DNA of 64,000 nt from Octopus vulgaris (Eukaryota), in the NCBI GenBank assembly GCA_951406725.2, contig OX597816.1, positions 14,384,001 to 14,448,000 on the forward strand, in the 5' to 3' direction. A program made the position numbers and the translations under genes. The notes beneath the pieces are model-generated. The model was not told the origin of the DNA, did no database searches, and worked only from the letters and a program-made list of their open reading frames with translations. Of the stretch, positions 1 to 12,940 are shown piece by piece (the first letter of the stretch is position 1; each line of letters starts with the position of its first letter).

Positions 1-223
1 AGCGATTAATGTAATCGACCTGTCTCCTCCCCTTATGATTGTCGAACCCTGCAACGCAGCGGGCTCCCGTTCAGTGGGAATGTTTTGATCTCAGTTATTT
101 ATGACCAAGTTCTTTTGATCTATGTATCTTTTATGTTTTATGTGTAAGTGTATGCGCGTGCATGTTTCTGTGTGAGTGTGTGAGTTGGCAGAAACGTTAG
201 CGTTATTTCGTCTGTCTTTTCCA

Positions 224-390
224 TAGGCGCAGGAGTGGCTGTGTGGTAAGTAGCTTGCTTACCAACCACATGGTTCCGGTTTCAGTCCTACTGCATGGCA
301 TCTTGGGCAAGTGTGTTCTACTATAGTCTCGGGCCTACCAATGCCTTGTGAGTGGATTTGGTAGACGGAAACTGAAGGAAGCCCGTCGTG

Positions 391-462
<72 letters not shown>

Positions 463-662
463 GTGTCTGTGTGTGTTTGTGTATCTGTGTTTGTCGCCCC
501 AACATCACTTGACAACCGATGCTGGTGTGTTTACGTCCCCGTAACATAGCGGTTCGGCAAAAGAGACCGGTAGAATAAGTACTAGGCTTCCAAAGAATAA
601 ACCCTGCGGTGCTCCAGCATGACCACAGTCAAATGACTGAAACAAGTAAAAGAGTAAAAGAG
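224..662 (+). mobile_element. tRNA-headed SINE family A, near full length, with internal (TA)n(TG)n
   Basis: Head taggcgcaggagtggctgtgtggtaag with ggtttcagtcc B-box-like motif; body and AAGTAAAAGAG tail match copies at 12541, 15748, 42507, 48346, 61866. Confidence 0.85.
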
Positions 663-1205
663 ATTCAATAAGTTGTTTAATTTTTTTCAGTTTTCATATT
701 TATTAACTTTTTTCATTCTTTTATTTTATTGAGGGTTAAACAATATTTTTAGTTGAGGGAGAGAACAAAAAGTACCGATATGTCTCTTAAAACGGAGGCA
801 GATAACCCAATTTTTTAAAGGGGGTGTGGTGAGATAACTAAAAAGTACCCGTTTTTGTAAGAATTGGCCCATTTCAAGACTAAATTCTTAATCCATTATC
901 TCACATATAGCATATATCTTAAAAAGTTTTATTAGTGAGTCAATTTAGAATGAAGTCAATGACTCGGCGGGGTGCTTCGTTATTGGTCTGTTGGACTAAG
1001 GATTTAAGATATTAGCAGAGTAGTAAGTCTTAATCCTGACCTGAATCGTAGAGTTGTTTGTAAAGTGTTAATTAGCCAACATCTGGCGAGAGGTGAAATA
1101 GATATCGACTGAAAGCACAGCGTATAAATTTTTGATACAAGTCAGCAAAGGATATTAAGGAAAAACAGTGAGAGATGAAGAGAAAGAAGAAAGAAATTAG
1201 GTGCG

Positions 1206-1254
<49 letters not shown>

Positions 1255-1621
1255 ACACGCACGCACGCACGCACTTAGACAGGGTGAAAGGAGAAGAGAA
1301 GGGAGCTGAAAGATGACCAGGTGGAAAGAATAAATAAATACATAAATTAGAGGGAGATAAATCCATTTAGACAGTAGGTGGCATCCGTGCATCGCACACG
1401 GCTCTCTCTGCTTGTTTTGCAGTTATGGTCGTAGTTTTTGTTATTTATTATTGGTATTTGTTTGGTTTTATTTTTTCGTATGTTTATTATTTTGTTCTTT
1501 TAGTATTTTTTTGTTTTTTTGGTAACAGCTGTTAGTATATTAGCAGAGGAAGGCTTGTTGTAATGCGAGTAAGTATAGCGGCAGTTTGTCAGTAGCTAGA
1601 GCGGGAGATAGTGGTAGTACG

Positions 1622-1780
1622 TTAATGGTGGTGGTGGCGGTGGTGGCGATAGTGTTGTTGTTGTTGTTGGTGGTGGTGGTGTTGATGGTGATGGTATGTT
1701 ATTTGCAGTGTGGTGTGGTGTGGTGGTGGTGGTAGTGGTGGTGGTGGTGGTACGCTTGCGATGTTGGTAGTAGTTTGTAG
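1622..1780. repeat. (GGT)n/(GTT)n trinucleotide low-complexity tract
   Basis: Directly visible. Confidence 0.9.
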
Positions 1781-2046
1781 ACGATGTGGTAAAGTTAATA
1801 CAGGTAACTTACTTCTGAACGCCATATGATGAACATATAAGGAAAACATAAAGGCTATAGCACACACACACACGCACACGAACGAGTGCGCGCTCACACA
1901 CACACACACACAGACGCACAGACACACACACAGACAGGCACATACACACACACACACACACACACAGTGCAAGAAAGTCAGAGAAGACTAGAAGTAATGC
2001 GTTGCGTTTGGTTATATAAATAATAATAAAAATATTTCACAGTTGC

Positions 2047-2142
<96 letters not shown>

Positions 2143-2153
2143 GTGTGTGTGTT

Positions 2154-2196
<43 letters not shown>

Positions 2197-2486
2197 AGTT
2201 ACAGACGATATATATATCGTCTGTAAAAAACATAAATCCGAAAGAAGAAGCACGCTCTAAGATATGGAGCAGTATATATTAAAAATGGGGAAGGCCGGCT
2301 TATGGGATTACCTTCAGATTCTTGTCCATAAGGGTTTATAGGGTATCGTCAGATCTCGAAACTTTTTGGCCCTAGGCCTCTTAAGAAAATGGAGGAAATC
2401 CTCTTTTTGGTTCTTAAGAGGCCCCGAGCCTCATAAAGTCAAACCCTTCATGGACAGGGAAATATATATATATATATATATATATA

Positions 2487-2714
2487 CAGGGTTGGCTAAA
2501 AGTCACCTGAGAGTAAGTCAACGCCATTTAATTCCAAGATTTATTTATGTTTAGCAACTGAATGAATCTAATACAAGCATCTAAATATGAAACATCATGA
2601 AAATAGTTCAAACTGAAGTCCTTCTTGAGCGGCACCATTTTTCCATTCATACAGAATTACAGATAGCATTTATGGAATTTTAATTTACTGTCGGGTGACT
2701 TTTAGCCAAACCTA
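2487..2714. mobile_element. Tc1/mariner-type MITE
   Basis: ~30 bp imperfect TIRs cagggttggctaaaagtcacctgagagtaa / ttactgtcgggtgacttttagccaaaccta, flanked by TA within (TA)n. Confidence 0.75.
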
Positions 2715-2728
2715 TATATATGCAATTG

Positions 2729-2767
<39 letters not shown>

Positions 2768-2770
<3 letters not shown>

Positions 2771-2931
2771 GGGAGAGTTTACGAACAAAACAAAGCAAAA
2801 GAGGAAGATAGGTGGTGTACAAAACAAACATATGTATTAGTATAACGCTCAGGAATAGAAAAAGTATTTTACGTTTCGAGCCTACGCTCTTCTACAGAAA
2901 GATACACAAAAAAAAACAAGGAGAGAAAAAA

Positions 2932-2935
<4 letters not shown>
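2768..2935 (-). mobile_element. Penelope-like terminal repeat fragment with hammerhead-like motif (2866-2901)
   Basis: Homologous to 16705-16910 and 54122-54305; minus strand CUGUAGA-A-GAGC-GUAG-GCUC-GAAA-CG-UA. Confidence 0.6.
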
Positions 2936-2963
<28 letters not shown>

Positions 2964-3140
2964 ATATGTATGTATCTATTACATACTTTGATATTTAGTT
3001 TCTTACCTGGACCTAGTAATATAAATTCGTTAAGGTAATGGATGGCATCGGCTTGGATAATATTCATGCCTTTCCACATGGTTCGCTAAGTGTAAAGGTT
3101 TCGGTTTCAATTTAGAACAGGGACTTGAACGGTTACGACA

Positions 3141-3172
<32 letters not shown>

Positions 3173-3444
3173 ACGAGTCGGCACGGCTTGCTATTACAGA
3201 AATGGCTAAGTAAATTTATCTTTAGCTTTAAATAGATACCCCAGGGTACATTGTATGGGTCGCTGTTGTAAGTAATGGAAGCGTTGTTCCTTCTGCTTTT
3301 GTTTTCTTTTCATTTTTTCTTTTTTATTTATTCAAGTGTAACTTGAATAAGAATTAAGCTGTTAATTCTAGCAGGTCGAGCGACTCGGAAGATGTTTCTC
3401 AAAGCATGTGCTAAAATCCTCCTCCTCCTCATCATCATCATCAT

Positions 3445-3930
3445 CCCGAGCCATTGGCTCATAAGGCCGGCTTCTTTGATTTGTGGCATACGAGGTGGTG
3501 GTGGTGGTGGTAGTGCTGGGTGCTGAAAAGTTCCTGATTTAAAGTTATCGTGAAAGGTCTGGCTGGAGGCCCACCATTCCGAGTTCTTTTACAGAACCTA
3601 GAAATGCTGAAGGACCGCTAGAGTAAACGTGTGTGAATCTGAGAGGGGAATATATTAAATAAAATCATAATTAACTGATCCTCTGGTATTTTCCTTTACC
3701 CAAAGCCAGGAACTTTTCAGCCCTCCGGGCCACCCCTACCGTATGCATTTCCCCACCGGACGGGACGCCGATCCGCCGCAGGATTACTCGTTCTTGCCAG
3801 TTGAGTTGAACAGATCAACGTGAAATGTGGTGTTTTGCTCATGAAATCGAGGCATCGTTCAGTTCAGGAATTTACACGTTTATCTTACGTTCATGACTGC
3901 AACACCCTAACCACTGAGCCACGCACTTCC
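3445..3930 (-). mobile_element. SINE family C (tail 1), interrupted by a mariner MITE
   Basis: Aligns to 5109-5367 and 13589-13849 on both sides of the 3491-3741 insertion. Confidence 0.75.
3491..3741 (+). mobile_element. Non-autonomous mariner derivative
   Basis: TA flanks; TIR core gctgaaaagttcctg / caggaacttttcagc; internal decayed transposase C-terminus (LEMLKDR...VNLRGEYIK*). Confidence 0.75.
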
Positions 3931-4572
3931 CCAGATTTTACAGTAATGAGTACGAATTCTTTGTTTGCCTAAAGATGTAAAAAAATCTGGTCTTGTGGAT
4001 TTTACAACGAGGATCACTAACATTTTCGGTTGTGTTTCGTTTTTTTAGCATCATAATGACCCTAGGGGGTTTCTGCGACTATCTAGCTTAAGATACGCTA
4101 GTTTTACTTCTTTCCAAGTAAAGAGATTTCTCAAGGTGTCTTCACGAGAGAAGATACTTTGCTGAACGGTATATAAGTATTTAATCTTTATAGCAAGATG
4201 AATGCGATACAACTTGCTTTTTTAAATTCCATTCCGGTTTCTGTCTTTAGTCGTGTTTGGCAAAGCAGGCTGGTGGTAATGGTGGTGGTAGGCGGGAGGG
4301 AGTGGGTTAAATATGTATCATACAAGAACATAAATATTTATTATGGTGTAACCAAGAGAACAACCTCACGAGATACGAGTTTGGCAATATACGTTCAAGC
4401 ACGTGCTTAATTTACAATGCTCGTAGACGCACAAGTACACACATAAACACTCACACCAACATATACGCACACACACGCATACACACACACACACACGCAC
4501 ACACATATATATATATATAATCAGAAATATTTGTGTATCTATATATAGGAAAATCCATATTATATGTGTGTG

Positions 4573-4628
<56 letters not shown>

Positions 4629-4657
4629 AAGTATGAATATATAAACATGTATACTTG

Positions 4658-4699
<42 letters not shown>

Positions 4700-4795
4700 T
4701 TACTTTCGTAGAAATATTTGCGAGCGTATATGTACCTATATATGTGTGTTTGTGTATGTGTCAGTGAGGAGGGATGGGCAGAAATGTGTATGTGT

Positions 4796-4853
<58 letters not shown>

Positions 4854-5108
4854 AACCGTTAGACACATGTGCAAGAACGAAATTCTCGAATCTGCTGGAA
4901 GTATGGAAACAGAATATATCTTTTCACATAGATAAAACACACGGAGTCCGTCTCTAAATTTCCTTCTCTTTTCCACCCCCCTCTCTCACACTCTTTCCCT
5001 TCGTGCGTGTGTGCGTGTGTGCGTATCTCTCGCTGTTGTATTTTATTGAAAGGTGCATAAACAACGATAAATCATTGCGTTCGAATAAAGATAATATCTT
5101 GTGTATTA

Positions 5109-5367
5109 AAAAAAAAGTGTTCCTTCTCGAGCTATGCCAGGCTCATTAGGGCCGGTTTCCTGGTTTCAGTGGTGTAGAAATTCCCCCACCTGGACGGGAC
5201 GCCGGTCCGTCGCAGGATTACTCATTTCTGCCAGCTGAGAAGACTGGAGCAACATGAAAATGAAGTGCTTTGCTCAAGAACACGATGCATCGCCCAGCCC
5301 AGGAATCGAAACCACAACCTTACGATCATGAGTTCAACACCCTAACCACTAAGCCACGTGCCTCCAC
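5109..5367 (-). mobile_element. SINE family C (tail 1)
   Basis: Minus-strand head ggaggcacgtggcttagtggttagggtgttgaactcatg...ggtttcgattcc; imperfect TSD atcttgtgtatta/atcttctggatta. Confidence 0.8.
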
Positions 5368-5402
5368 ATCTTCTGGATTACACTAACGTTATAGAGCAAC
5401 AT

Positions 5403-5725
5403 AGTGATGGCATATAGCTAAGTGGTTAGGGGTGTTCGACTAACGATCGTAAGGTCGTAAGTTCGATGTCCACCGGTGCCTTATTTCCTTGAGCAAGACA
5501 CTTTATTTCAAGTTGCTCCAGTCCACTTAGCTGGCAAAAATGAGTCGTATCTGTATTCCTAAAGGTCAGCCTTGACACACTTTGTGTCACGTTGAATCTC
5601 CTTGAAACGTACGTTAAGGTCATGCGAGACTGTGGAGTTTTCAGCCATCTGCACGTTCATTTCACGAACATGCCCTTGATCGGATCAACTAGAACCCTCG
5701 TTGTCGTAACCAGTAGAGTGTCAGT
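5403..5725 (+). mobile_element. SINE with C-type head and D tail
   Basis: Matches 8843-9150 and 37949-38250. Confidence 0.8.
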
Positions 5726-5734
5726 TCTTTTAAT

Positions 5735-5739
5735 TTGTG

Positions 5740-5800
<61 letters not shown>

Positions 5801-5992
5801 TTGTGTGTCTGTTTGTTTCCCCACCATCACTTGGTGTGTTTACGTCCCCGTAACTTAGCGGGTCGACAAAAGTGACCGATGGAATAAGTACTAGGCTTTC
5901 AAAGAATAAGTCCTGGGGTTCGATTCGTTCGACTCAAGGCGGTGCTCCAGCACGGCCGCAGTCAAACGACTGAAACAAACAAAAGAAAGAAA
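5735..5992 (+). mobile_element. SINE family A, 3' half starting at the internal microsatellite
   Basis: ggtgtgtttacgtccccgtaacttagc...ggcggtgctccagcacggccgcagtcaaacgactgaaac. Confidence 0.8.
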
Positions 5993-6635
5993 AAAGGTGG
6001 AGGAGATGGTGATTCAGGAAAATCACTGGAGCAGAGGTCTTGCGATCCACGTTTTGCATTCAACTGTGAATGTCAGCTTCTTGGATTGATTGTTTAACCA
6101 CGTCAAAGATCACACGGAAAAGAAAAAAAAAAACGAAAACAAACAAATGTATATTTCATTCATTCTTCATTGAAAGTCGGTATTTAAAAAAATAATTAGG
6201 TTCTTTTATCGTAATTGGATACATACACACACTCAAACGGTTTCTTTCTAAACCAGAGCACATACTTCTCATTCTGTATTCTCCAACCAGATGGTCACTA
6301 TCACATACCAACTTGTTGCATCTCACATTCACCCCGCTTTACGAACTATTTTCCTTGTAGTCAAGCACTTGAGAGAGTAACGCTCATTGCGTTACGACAA
6401 ATTACATTAGTCTGTAAAATTACATTTAGCTGCTTAATTAGTTTCACATTTCACAAATTATCAAATTCTACAAATAAACTATCTCCGGTATTTCTTTCTT
6501 TTTTTTTGTTTTTGCCCAAGTCAAAAACGTAACCTGAAAATTCTAGAAAGACAAAAAAACTGATAGAAACTCCTGTTGCAGAAGAACTAAAAGATGTAAT
6601 ATCGTTGTGCATTATATATGAATCCATCCAGCCAT

Positions 6636-7045
6636 CTTCTCCGATCACTACACTTGGAAGAGACGTTGGAGTATAATCCTCAAGTGCCTTATTTATAAGG
6701 TCCACCCAGAAGCAATTTTCCTGCTGAATTCCCAAGTGTGGGCAACTTTGACAATAGATATTATTCAACCATTTCATTCTACGTCTACTCCTAGGTCCCT
6801 TGCCGGTTGGCTCCGCTCGAAGAATCTGTCTTACGATTCTTTCCAGCGGTACTCTTATCACATCTCCGTAGTACTAGAGTTGTGACCTCTCATTACGGAG
6901 AAGTAGCGGCTGGAGAGACACCCTGATGTACAAGCTACTTACTCTGTCGAGTAACGTTACTCCTGAGATCTTTCGGAGGAACCGCATTTTGGTCGCTTGT
7001 ATTTGTAATTGGACTCTTTTGGTTGTTACCTAACATTCGTGAACA
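6636..7045 (-). mobile_element. RTE-type LINE 3' fragment (decayed ORF end)
   Basis: Translation ...QIQATKMRFLRKISGVTLLDRV...ERSQL*YYGDVIRVPLERIVRQILRAEPTGKGPRSRRRMKWLNNI, typical of the RTE post-RT region. Confidence 0.8.
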
Positions 7046-7293
7046 TAGCGATTTTCCATTTTTTTAACCAATTTCTCCTTTTTAAGGATCGAATGCAATT
7101 CTGATAACCAATTCAGCCTCCTGCTTCCCGTTATTCCTGAATACGGCTCCAGATATATGTAGAAAAAAAAATTAATAAAAATTTAGCTAAGGGAAATAAC
7201 TCAAGTAGCTCAACAGAATGAATTTACATAATTAAGCTGAGTGATGATGAAAAGAACGACAGAAGCAAAAACTTCTAAAATAGTTAATGTTTG

Positions 7294-7358
7294 GCGTTGT
7301 GGTGGTTAAGAGCGCGGGCTACTAACCACAAGATTCCGAGTTCGATTCCAGGCAGTGA

Positions 7359-7415
<57 letters not shown>

Positions 7416-7558
7416 CAACAACAATAACATCGAAAAATACGTTTGAAATTTCCCCAAGGCACCTGATGAAGGCTGGAGGGTATATCAGCCGAAACGTTGT
7501 GTTAACAACAAACAAGACGAGGACAAATATCTGTCGAATGTAAATAATGTAAATAATG
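7294..7558 (+). mobile_element. tRNA-headed SINE with internal (AAT)n and a hammerhead-bearing tail
   Basis: A/B-box-like ggtggttaagagcg...gagttcgattcc; TSD tagttaatgtttg (7281-7293) / tagttaatatttg (7559-7571); (AATGTAAAT)n end. Confidence 0.75.
7458..7503 (+). ncRNA. Putative minimal type-I hammerhead ribozyme
   Basis: Stem I GGCAC/GUGUU, core CUGAUGA, extra A, stem II GGCUG/CAGCC, GAAA, palindromic AACGUU stem III, GUU triplet. Confidence 0.65.
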
Positions 7559-8389
7559 TAGTTAATATTTGTCTCTTAACTTTCGCTTGGCTCACGTTGT
7601 CGTGCAAATTATACTGACCGAAATTCTTCGGAGCATTTTCTTCTTCACAAGCTTTCTATCTATTGGGAAATTGTATAGTTCACTGATAAGGTTTAATAAA
7701 GCCGAAACATATCGATATCTGACAGTTTACCTCCTAACAAAGATCAAATTCCCTTCTTAAGCATCAGCGTTCAGTTTTCCGTGAAACTGAATCTTAATTT
7801 CTTAAAATTACCTTCCGTTTTCTTTGAAAGTTACTGTGAACTCTCACAAGGTTATGTTGCATTTCTTCAAAGAAGAAGCAAATTTCAACTCATTTAGAAT
7901 TTTGTGCGTACATCATTCATGCTTTTCTCAAGCGTATCAATTATACAAATTAGATCAATTTAATTATGATGAGGGGATTCAAACCAGGTCACGAATGCTA
8001 GTTCGTGACACTTTACCTCTACAGCCATACCTCTAAAATAATTCTAAAGGTGACATAATCTTTTACGGCCAGAATCCAAACTGTAGTTTGGCGTACGTAA
8101 TGAAAACGAGATGCTATCATAAACATTCTCGTTTCTCGTTTCTTAATGATATTTTTAGCAGTTGGTTGATGATAAACAGGTATTAGATAGAGTTGATATT
8201 TTTTTATTCTTACCTTCGATTAAATTACATGAGAATCGAGCAAAAATAGTAGCAGTCGCGAGTTGTTATAAACATCTTTCAAAACAGGCGTGTGTGTGTG
8301 TGTTTGTGAAATTAACGCTAAACAACTTTGTAACCTGATACGGTGCCGGGGTGCTAAAAAGCGACTTGTAGAAGGATACAAGAGTTTAC

Positions 8390-8502
8390 ATATGTATATG
8401 TATATATATATATATGTGTGTGTGTTTGTGTGCGCGCGCGCGTGTGTGTGTATATGTATATATATGTATGTATATGGATATATATGTATATATATATGTA
8501 TA

Positions 8503-8601
<99 letters not shown>

Positions 8602-8626
8602 CTATATATCTATATATATATATATG

Positions 8627-8664
<38 letters not shown>

Positions 8665-8742
8665 TATATATGTTTGTATATATATATATGTATATATGTA
8701 TATATATATATATATGTATATATATATGTGTGTGTGTGTATT

Positions 8743-8793
<51 letters not shown>

Positions 8794-8842
8794 ATGTATA
8801 TATATATATGTGTGTGTGCGTGTGTGTGTGTGTGTGTGTGTG
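8390..8842. repeat. Compound (TA)n/(TG)n microsatellite, representative of dozens across the window
   Basis: Directly visible. Confidence 0.95.
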
Positions 8843-9150
8843 AAAGCGTATGGCTTAGTGGTTAGGGTGTTTAGTTCATGATCATGAGTTCAATTCCCGG
8901 TGACGCGTTGTGTCCTTGAGCAAGACACTTTATTTCACATTGCTCCAGTCCACTCAGCTGGCAAAAATGAGTTGCATCCATATTTCAAAGGGCCAGCGTT
9001 GTTACACTCTGTGCCGTGCTGAATCTCCCTGAGAACTGCGTTAAGGGGTACACGTGAAGTGCTGAGCCATTTGCGCGATAATTTCACGAGCAGGCTGCTC
9101 TGTTGATCCTATCAAATGGAACCCTCGTCGTCGTAACCGACAAGGTGTCC
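8843..9150 (+). mobile_element. SINE with C-type head and D tail
   Basis: tggcttagtggttagggtg...gagttcaattcccgg; tail ...ggaaccctcgtcgtcgtaaccgac. Confidence 0.8.
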
Positions 9151-9189
9151 GTAGTATAGCTATATTTGTAGAGCAATATATGGATTCTT

Positions 9190-9690
9190 AGAATCCCGTG
9201 ACCATAGAGAAAGCTCTTCTAGTGGACGCGGCTAGCATACCACATAACTAATCTAGTACGGAGAAGTATGATGATGATTCTATGTAGATGACACCCAGGA
9301 AATCCAATCGATGAAATTATTTCATGGGGAGTATATGAAGCATAAAGTTCAGGAGGTATGAGAGATAAATATATTTAACCATGTGATATCTGTATGATTA
9401 CACCCGTTTCAGAGTATAATAAATTATGTTACATGTCTGCAACAATATGCATTCTATGCATACAATTGTACATATACAAATCAATGCAGATATAAAAGGC
9501 TTGCTCTTCTGATCGCCTGAGCATTATCGCCATACCAATGCTTCTACTCTGTGTGTACATATAAAATTTTCCGTTATATATAGAATGTTTGGAAGACCGA
9601 TAGTGGATAAAATTATCTTGGTATGGTCATTAGGGAATAAATATAAACAATATATTTTGTTTGATATGAATTAAGACGTGATCCTATGGA
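9190..9690 (-). mobile_element. Possible heavily decayed Penelope-like RT fragment
   Basis: Scattered frameshifted motifs YNGKFY, TQSRSIGMG, LDFLGV. Confidence 0.3.
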
Positions 9691-9748
9691 TATGAAGTGG
9701 TTAAATATATATATTCATCTCTCTTACCTACTGACTTTCTTATGTGTA

Positions 9749-9802
<54 letters not shown>

Positions 9803-10039
9803 TGAATGTATGTATGTATGTATGTATGCGTCTATATATATACACAAATATACATCTATATGTATATATATGTATATATATATGTATACATATATATGTA
9901 TTTATATAGATGTATATATATATATATATATATATATGTATTTATATAGATGTATATATATATATATAATATATATATATATATGTATATATATATATCT
10001 ATGTATATATATATGTATACATATATATGTATTTATATA

Positions 10040-10133
<94 letters not shown>

Positions 10134-10164
10134 GATGTATATATATATATGAATAAGTAAGTGG

Positions 10165-10330
10165 AGTTTAACGCAGGTGTAAATGAAATATTTTACTTTC
10201 GAAACATGTATCGAAAATTCCACTGATACTATTCAAAAGAATAAATGCTATAAACAATGCAATCTTCTCTTCAGGAAAATGAAAAAAACGAAACTCGTCA
10301 ATAAGACATTTTAGCAAAAAATGATGGATT
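10165..10330 (-). mobile_element. Possible second Penelope-like ORF C-terminus
   Basis: [24 protein letters not shown] resembles the PLE end (EK...LLNxRxE...C). Confidence 0.35.
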
Positions 10331-10489
10331 TGTACACCGCTTAACTGAACGCTATTAATATTGTTTAAAAAAAACGTTATATGATATAACGTCATAAGTA
10401 GCTTACAGAAAGAGTAGGGATATTAATAGTGAATGTTAAATATAAAGGAAATTAAAGTTTAAATTATATATGATGATAGAGACTACTTA

Positions 10490-11055
10490 TATGCACTAAA
10501 GGTGTGTTTTTGCCAATATTTACATCTGTATGCTCGCTCTATAACCGTGTTTACTAGGGGATTTTTAGAAAAAATAATGAAAAATAGCTCAGAATTGCAG
10601 AGAAGACAGAATTGCTTGCTTTGTCATAAGGTATCGAGATTGAGAGAATCAACCATTCTAAATGAAATTGTTGATTGTGGTCTTTTATATCCCAAATCAG
10701 TTTGCTGAGACCGGTACTATTACGTTTATTTCTATCCCTAAATGTTGAGTAATGGATAGAAATTCTTTTAGATAACTCTAACGATGTGCTTTCAATGTAA
10801 AATCGTACTTTATTACGAGTACTGATTATACACTGGTATATAGAATTTTTAATCTTAATTGATTTCAGATACAATAACCTTGTTATTAATATTTCTAGAG
10901 GGCTGAATGGTACTGAATGTTAGTATTAGTAAATGTATTAATATTTAACAGTTTGTTATTATGTGAAGAGATAATTTGTAAGAGATTTTTTGTGTTTGAA
11001 AAACCGATCCTAACCGTATGTGAATTGATAATAGAGTAATACCTAGAATTTTTTG
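10490..11055 (-). mobile_element. Penelope-like element, decayed linker and GIY-YIG endonuclease
   Basis: INSHTVRIGFSNTKNLLQIISSHNNKLL then NSIYQC...FYIESTSLELSKRISIHYSTFRDRNKRNSTGLSKLIWDIKD...LEWLIL. Confidence 0.8.
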
Positions 11056-11059
11056 GAAT

Positions 11060-11240
<181 letters not shown>

Positions 11241-11734
11241 GTCTGACTGAGTGTCTGTCTATCTGTCTGTTTGTCTGTCTGGAGTGGATAAAAGGCTAAA
11301 AATAATAGCAACCTATCCCGGTTCTATATCTCGCCTGTCATCCACTTAACATTGTAGGAATGTTAAGACATATCCCAATTACTTTCTGACTCATTTGAGA
11401 CAACCAAGAATATATTTGAACATATTTTGTGCATGTGCAATGCTTTCAAGATGGATAGATGTTTATTTGGTCTCAACATAACATTAATGACACCGTAATT
11501 CAGATGAAGCTGGTAGGAGGACTACAACAAATCTTTCCCGGAAGAATTTGTTTAGTCTGTTGTTATGAATTGTGACTGAGGCCCAAGGAATTTATTTTCA
11601 ACAGGTTATTTATTACATATTCGCGCCATGAAAAATCTATTTTGAAAGTTTCATATTTTTCAGACTTCTGATTTCTCTCTCTCTCTCTCTCTCTCCCCTC
11701 TCTCTCTGTCTGACTCTCTCTCTCTCTCTGTGTC

Positions 11735-11765
<31 letters not shown>

Positions 11766-12540
11766 TTTTCTCTTTCTTTTTATTATTCTATATCTCTCTC
11801 CTTCTCTCTCTCCCCCTCTCTCTCTTTCTCTCACACACACACTTTCTCTTTCTTTTTATCATTCTCTATCTCTCCTCTTTTCTCTCTCTCTCTCACACAC
11901 ACGCACAGACACACTTTCTCTTTCTTTTTTATCATTCTCCATCTCTCTCTCTTTCTGCCTCTCACTCTTTCCCTCACTCCCACACATGCTCACAAATACA
12001 CACACACGCAGATACGCTTACAAACATATACACACAAACTGACACACACACACATACACACACACGCATACACGCACACACACTCATTCACACACAAACG
12101 CTCTTTCTCCCACGACAATAATAGACTTATTCTGGAATATACATCACAATACATTTATTAGTAAAAGTGTTCTTCGCACTGTTCTTCGTTTCTTTCTTTC
12201 TTTCTTCCTTTCTTTCTTTCTTTCTCTCTCTCTTCCTTCTCTTCTTTCTTTCTTTAGCTTTCTTCTGATAAAAGATCGCTAAAACAGATGAATGCCAGCC
12301 TGTATTTTGTTTCTAAAAGTATTAATAGTACATTGAGAATTTGAATCAGAACAGAAGATTGGCACCCGACGCGTTTCACAAATGAAACGCTGTTCTTGAT
12401 TGGTGCAGATTCAGTTTATGGCGCAATTAAGCTGGAACCGAAATGGTACCTCAGTTTTTGTGCAGTAGAATAATTGAAATAAATACTGACCAGGTATTTA
12501 GTTTCAAAGAAAATAATTAAAAGCAATTCACATTATTTTT

Positions 12541-12940
12541 TTTACTTGTTTCAGTCATTTGACTGCGGCCATGCTGGAGCACCGCCTTTAGTCGAACAAA
12601 TCGACCCACAGGACTTATTCTTTGATAGCCTAGTACTTATTCTATCGGTCTCTTTTGCCGAACCGCTAAGTTACGGGGACGTAAACACACCGGCATCGGT
12701 TGTCAAGCGATGCTGGGAGGATAAACACAGACACACAAACATATACACACACATACATATACATATATACATATATACGCCGGGCTTCTTTCGGCATCCG
12801 TCTACCAAATCCACTCACAAGGCTTTGGTCGGCCTGAGGCTATAGCAGAAGACACTTGCCCAAGGTGCCACACAGTGGGACTGAACCCAGAACCATGTGG
12901 TTGGCAAGCAAGCTACCTACCACACAGCCACTCCTGCGCC
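12541..12940 (-). mobile_element. SINE family A, full length; decayed second 3' end follows at ~12955-13040
   Basis: Reverse complement of 224-662. Confidence 0.85.

Noticed and set aside
8290-8881. Long ORFs of YI/CV/HT repeats, here and throughout the track
   Set aside because: Translations of (TA)n, (TG)n, (TACA)n and (GATA)n microsatellites, which lack stop codons; not genes
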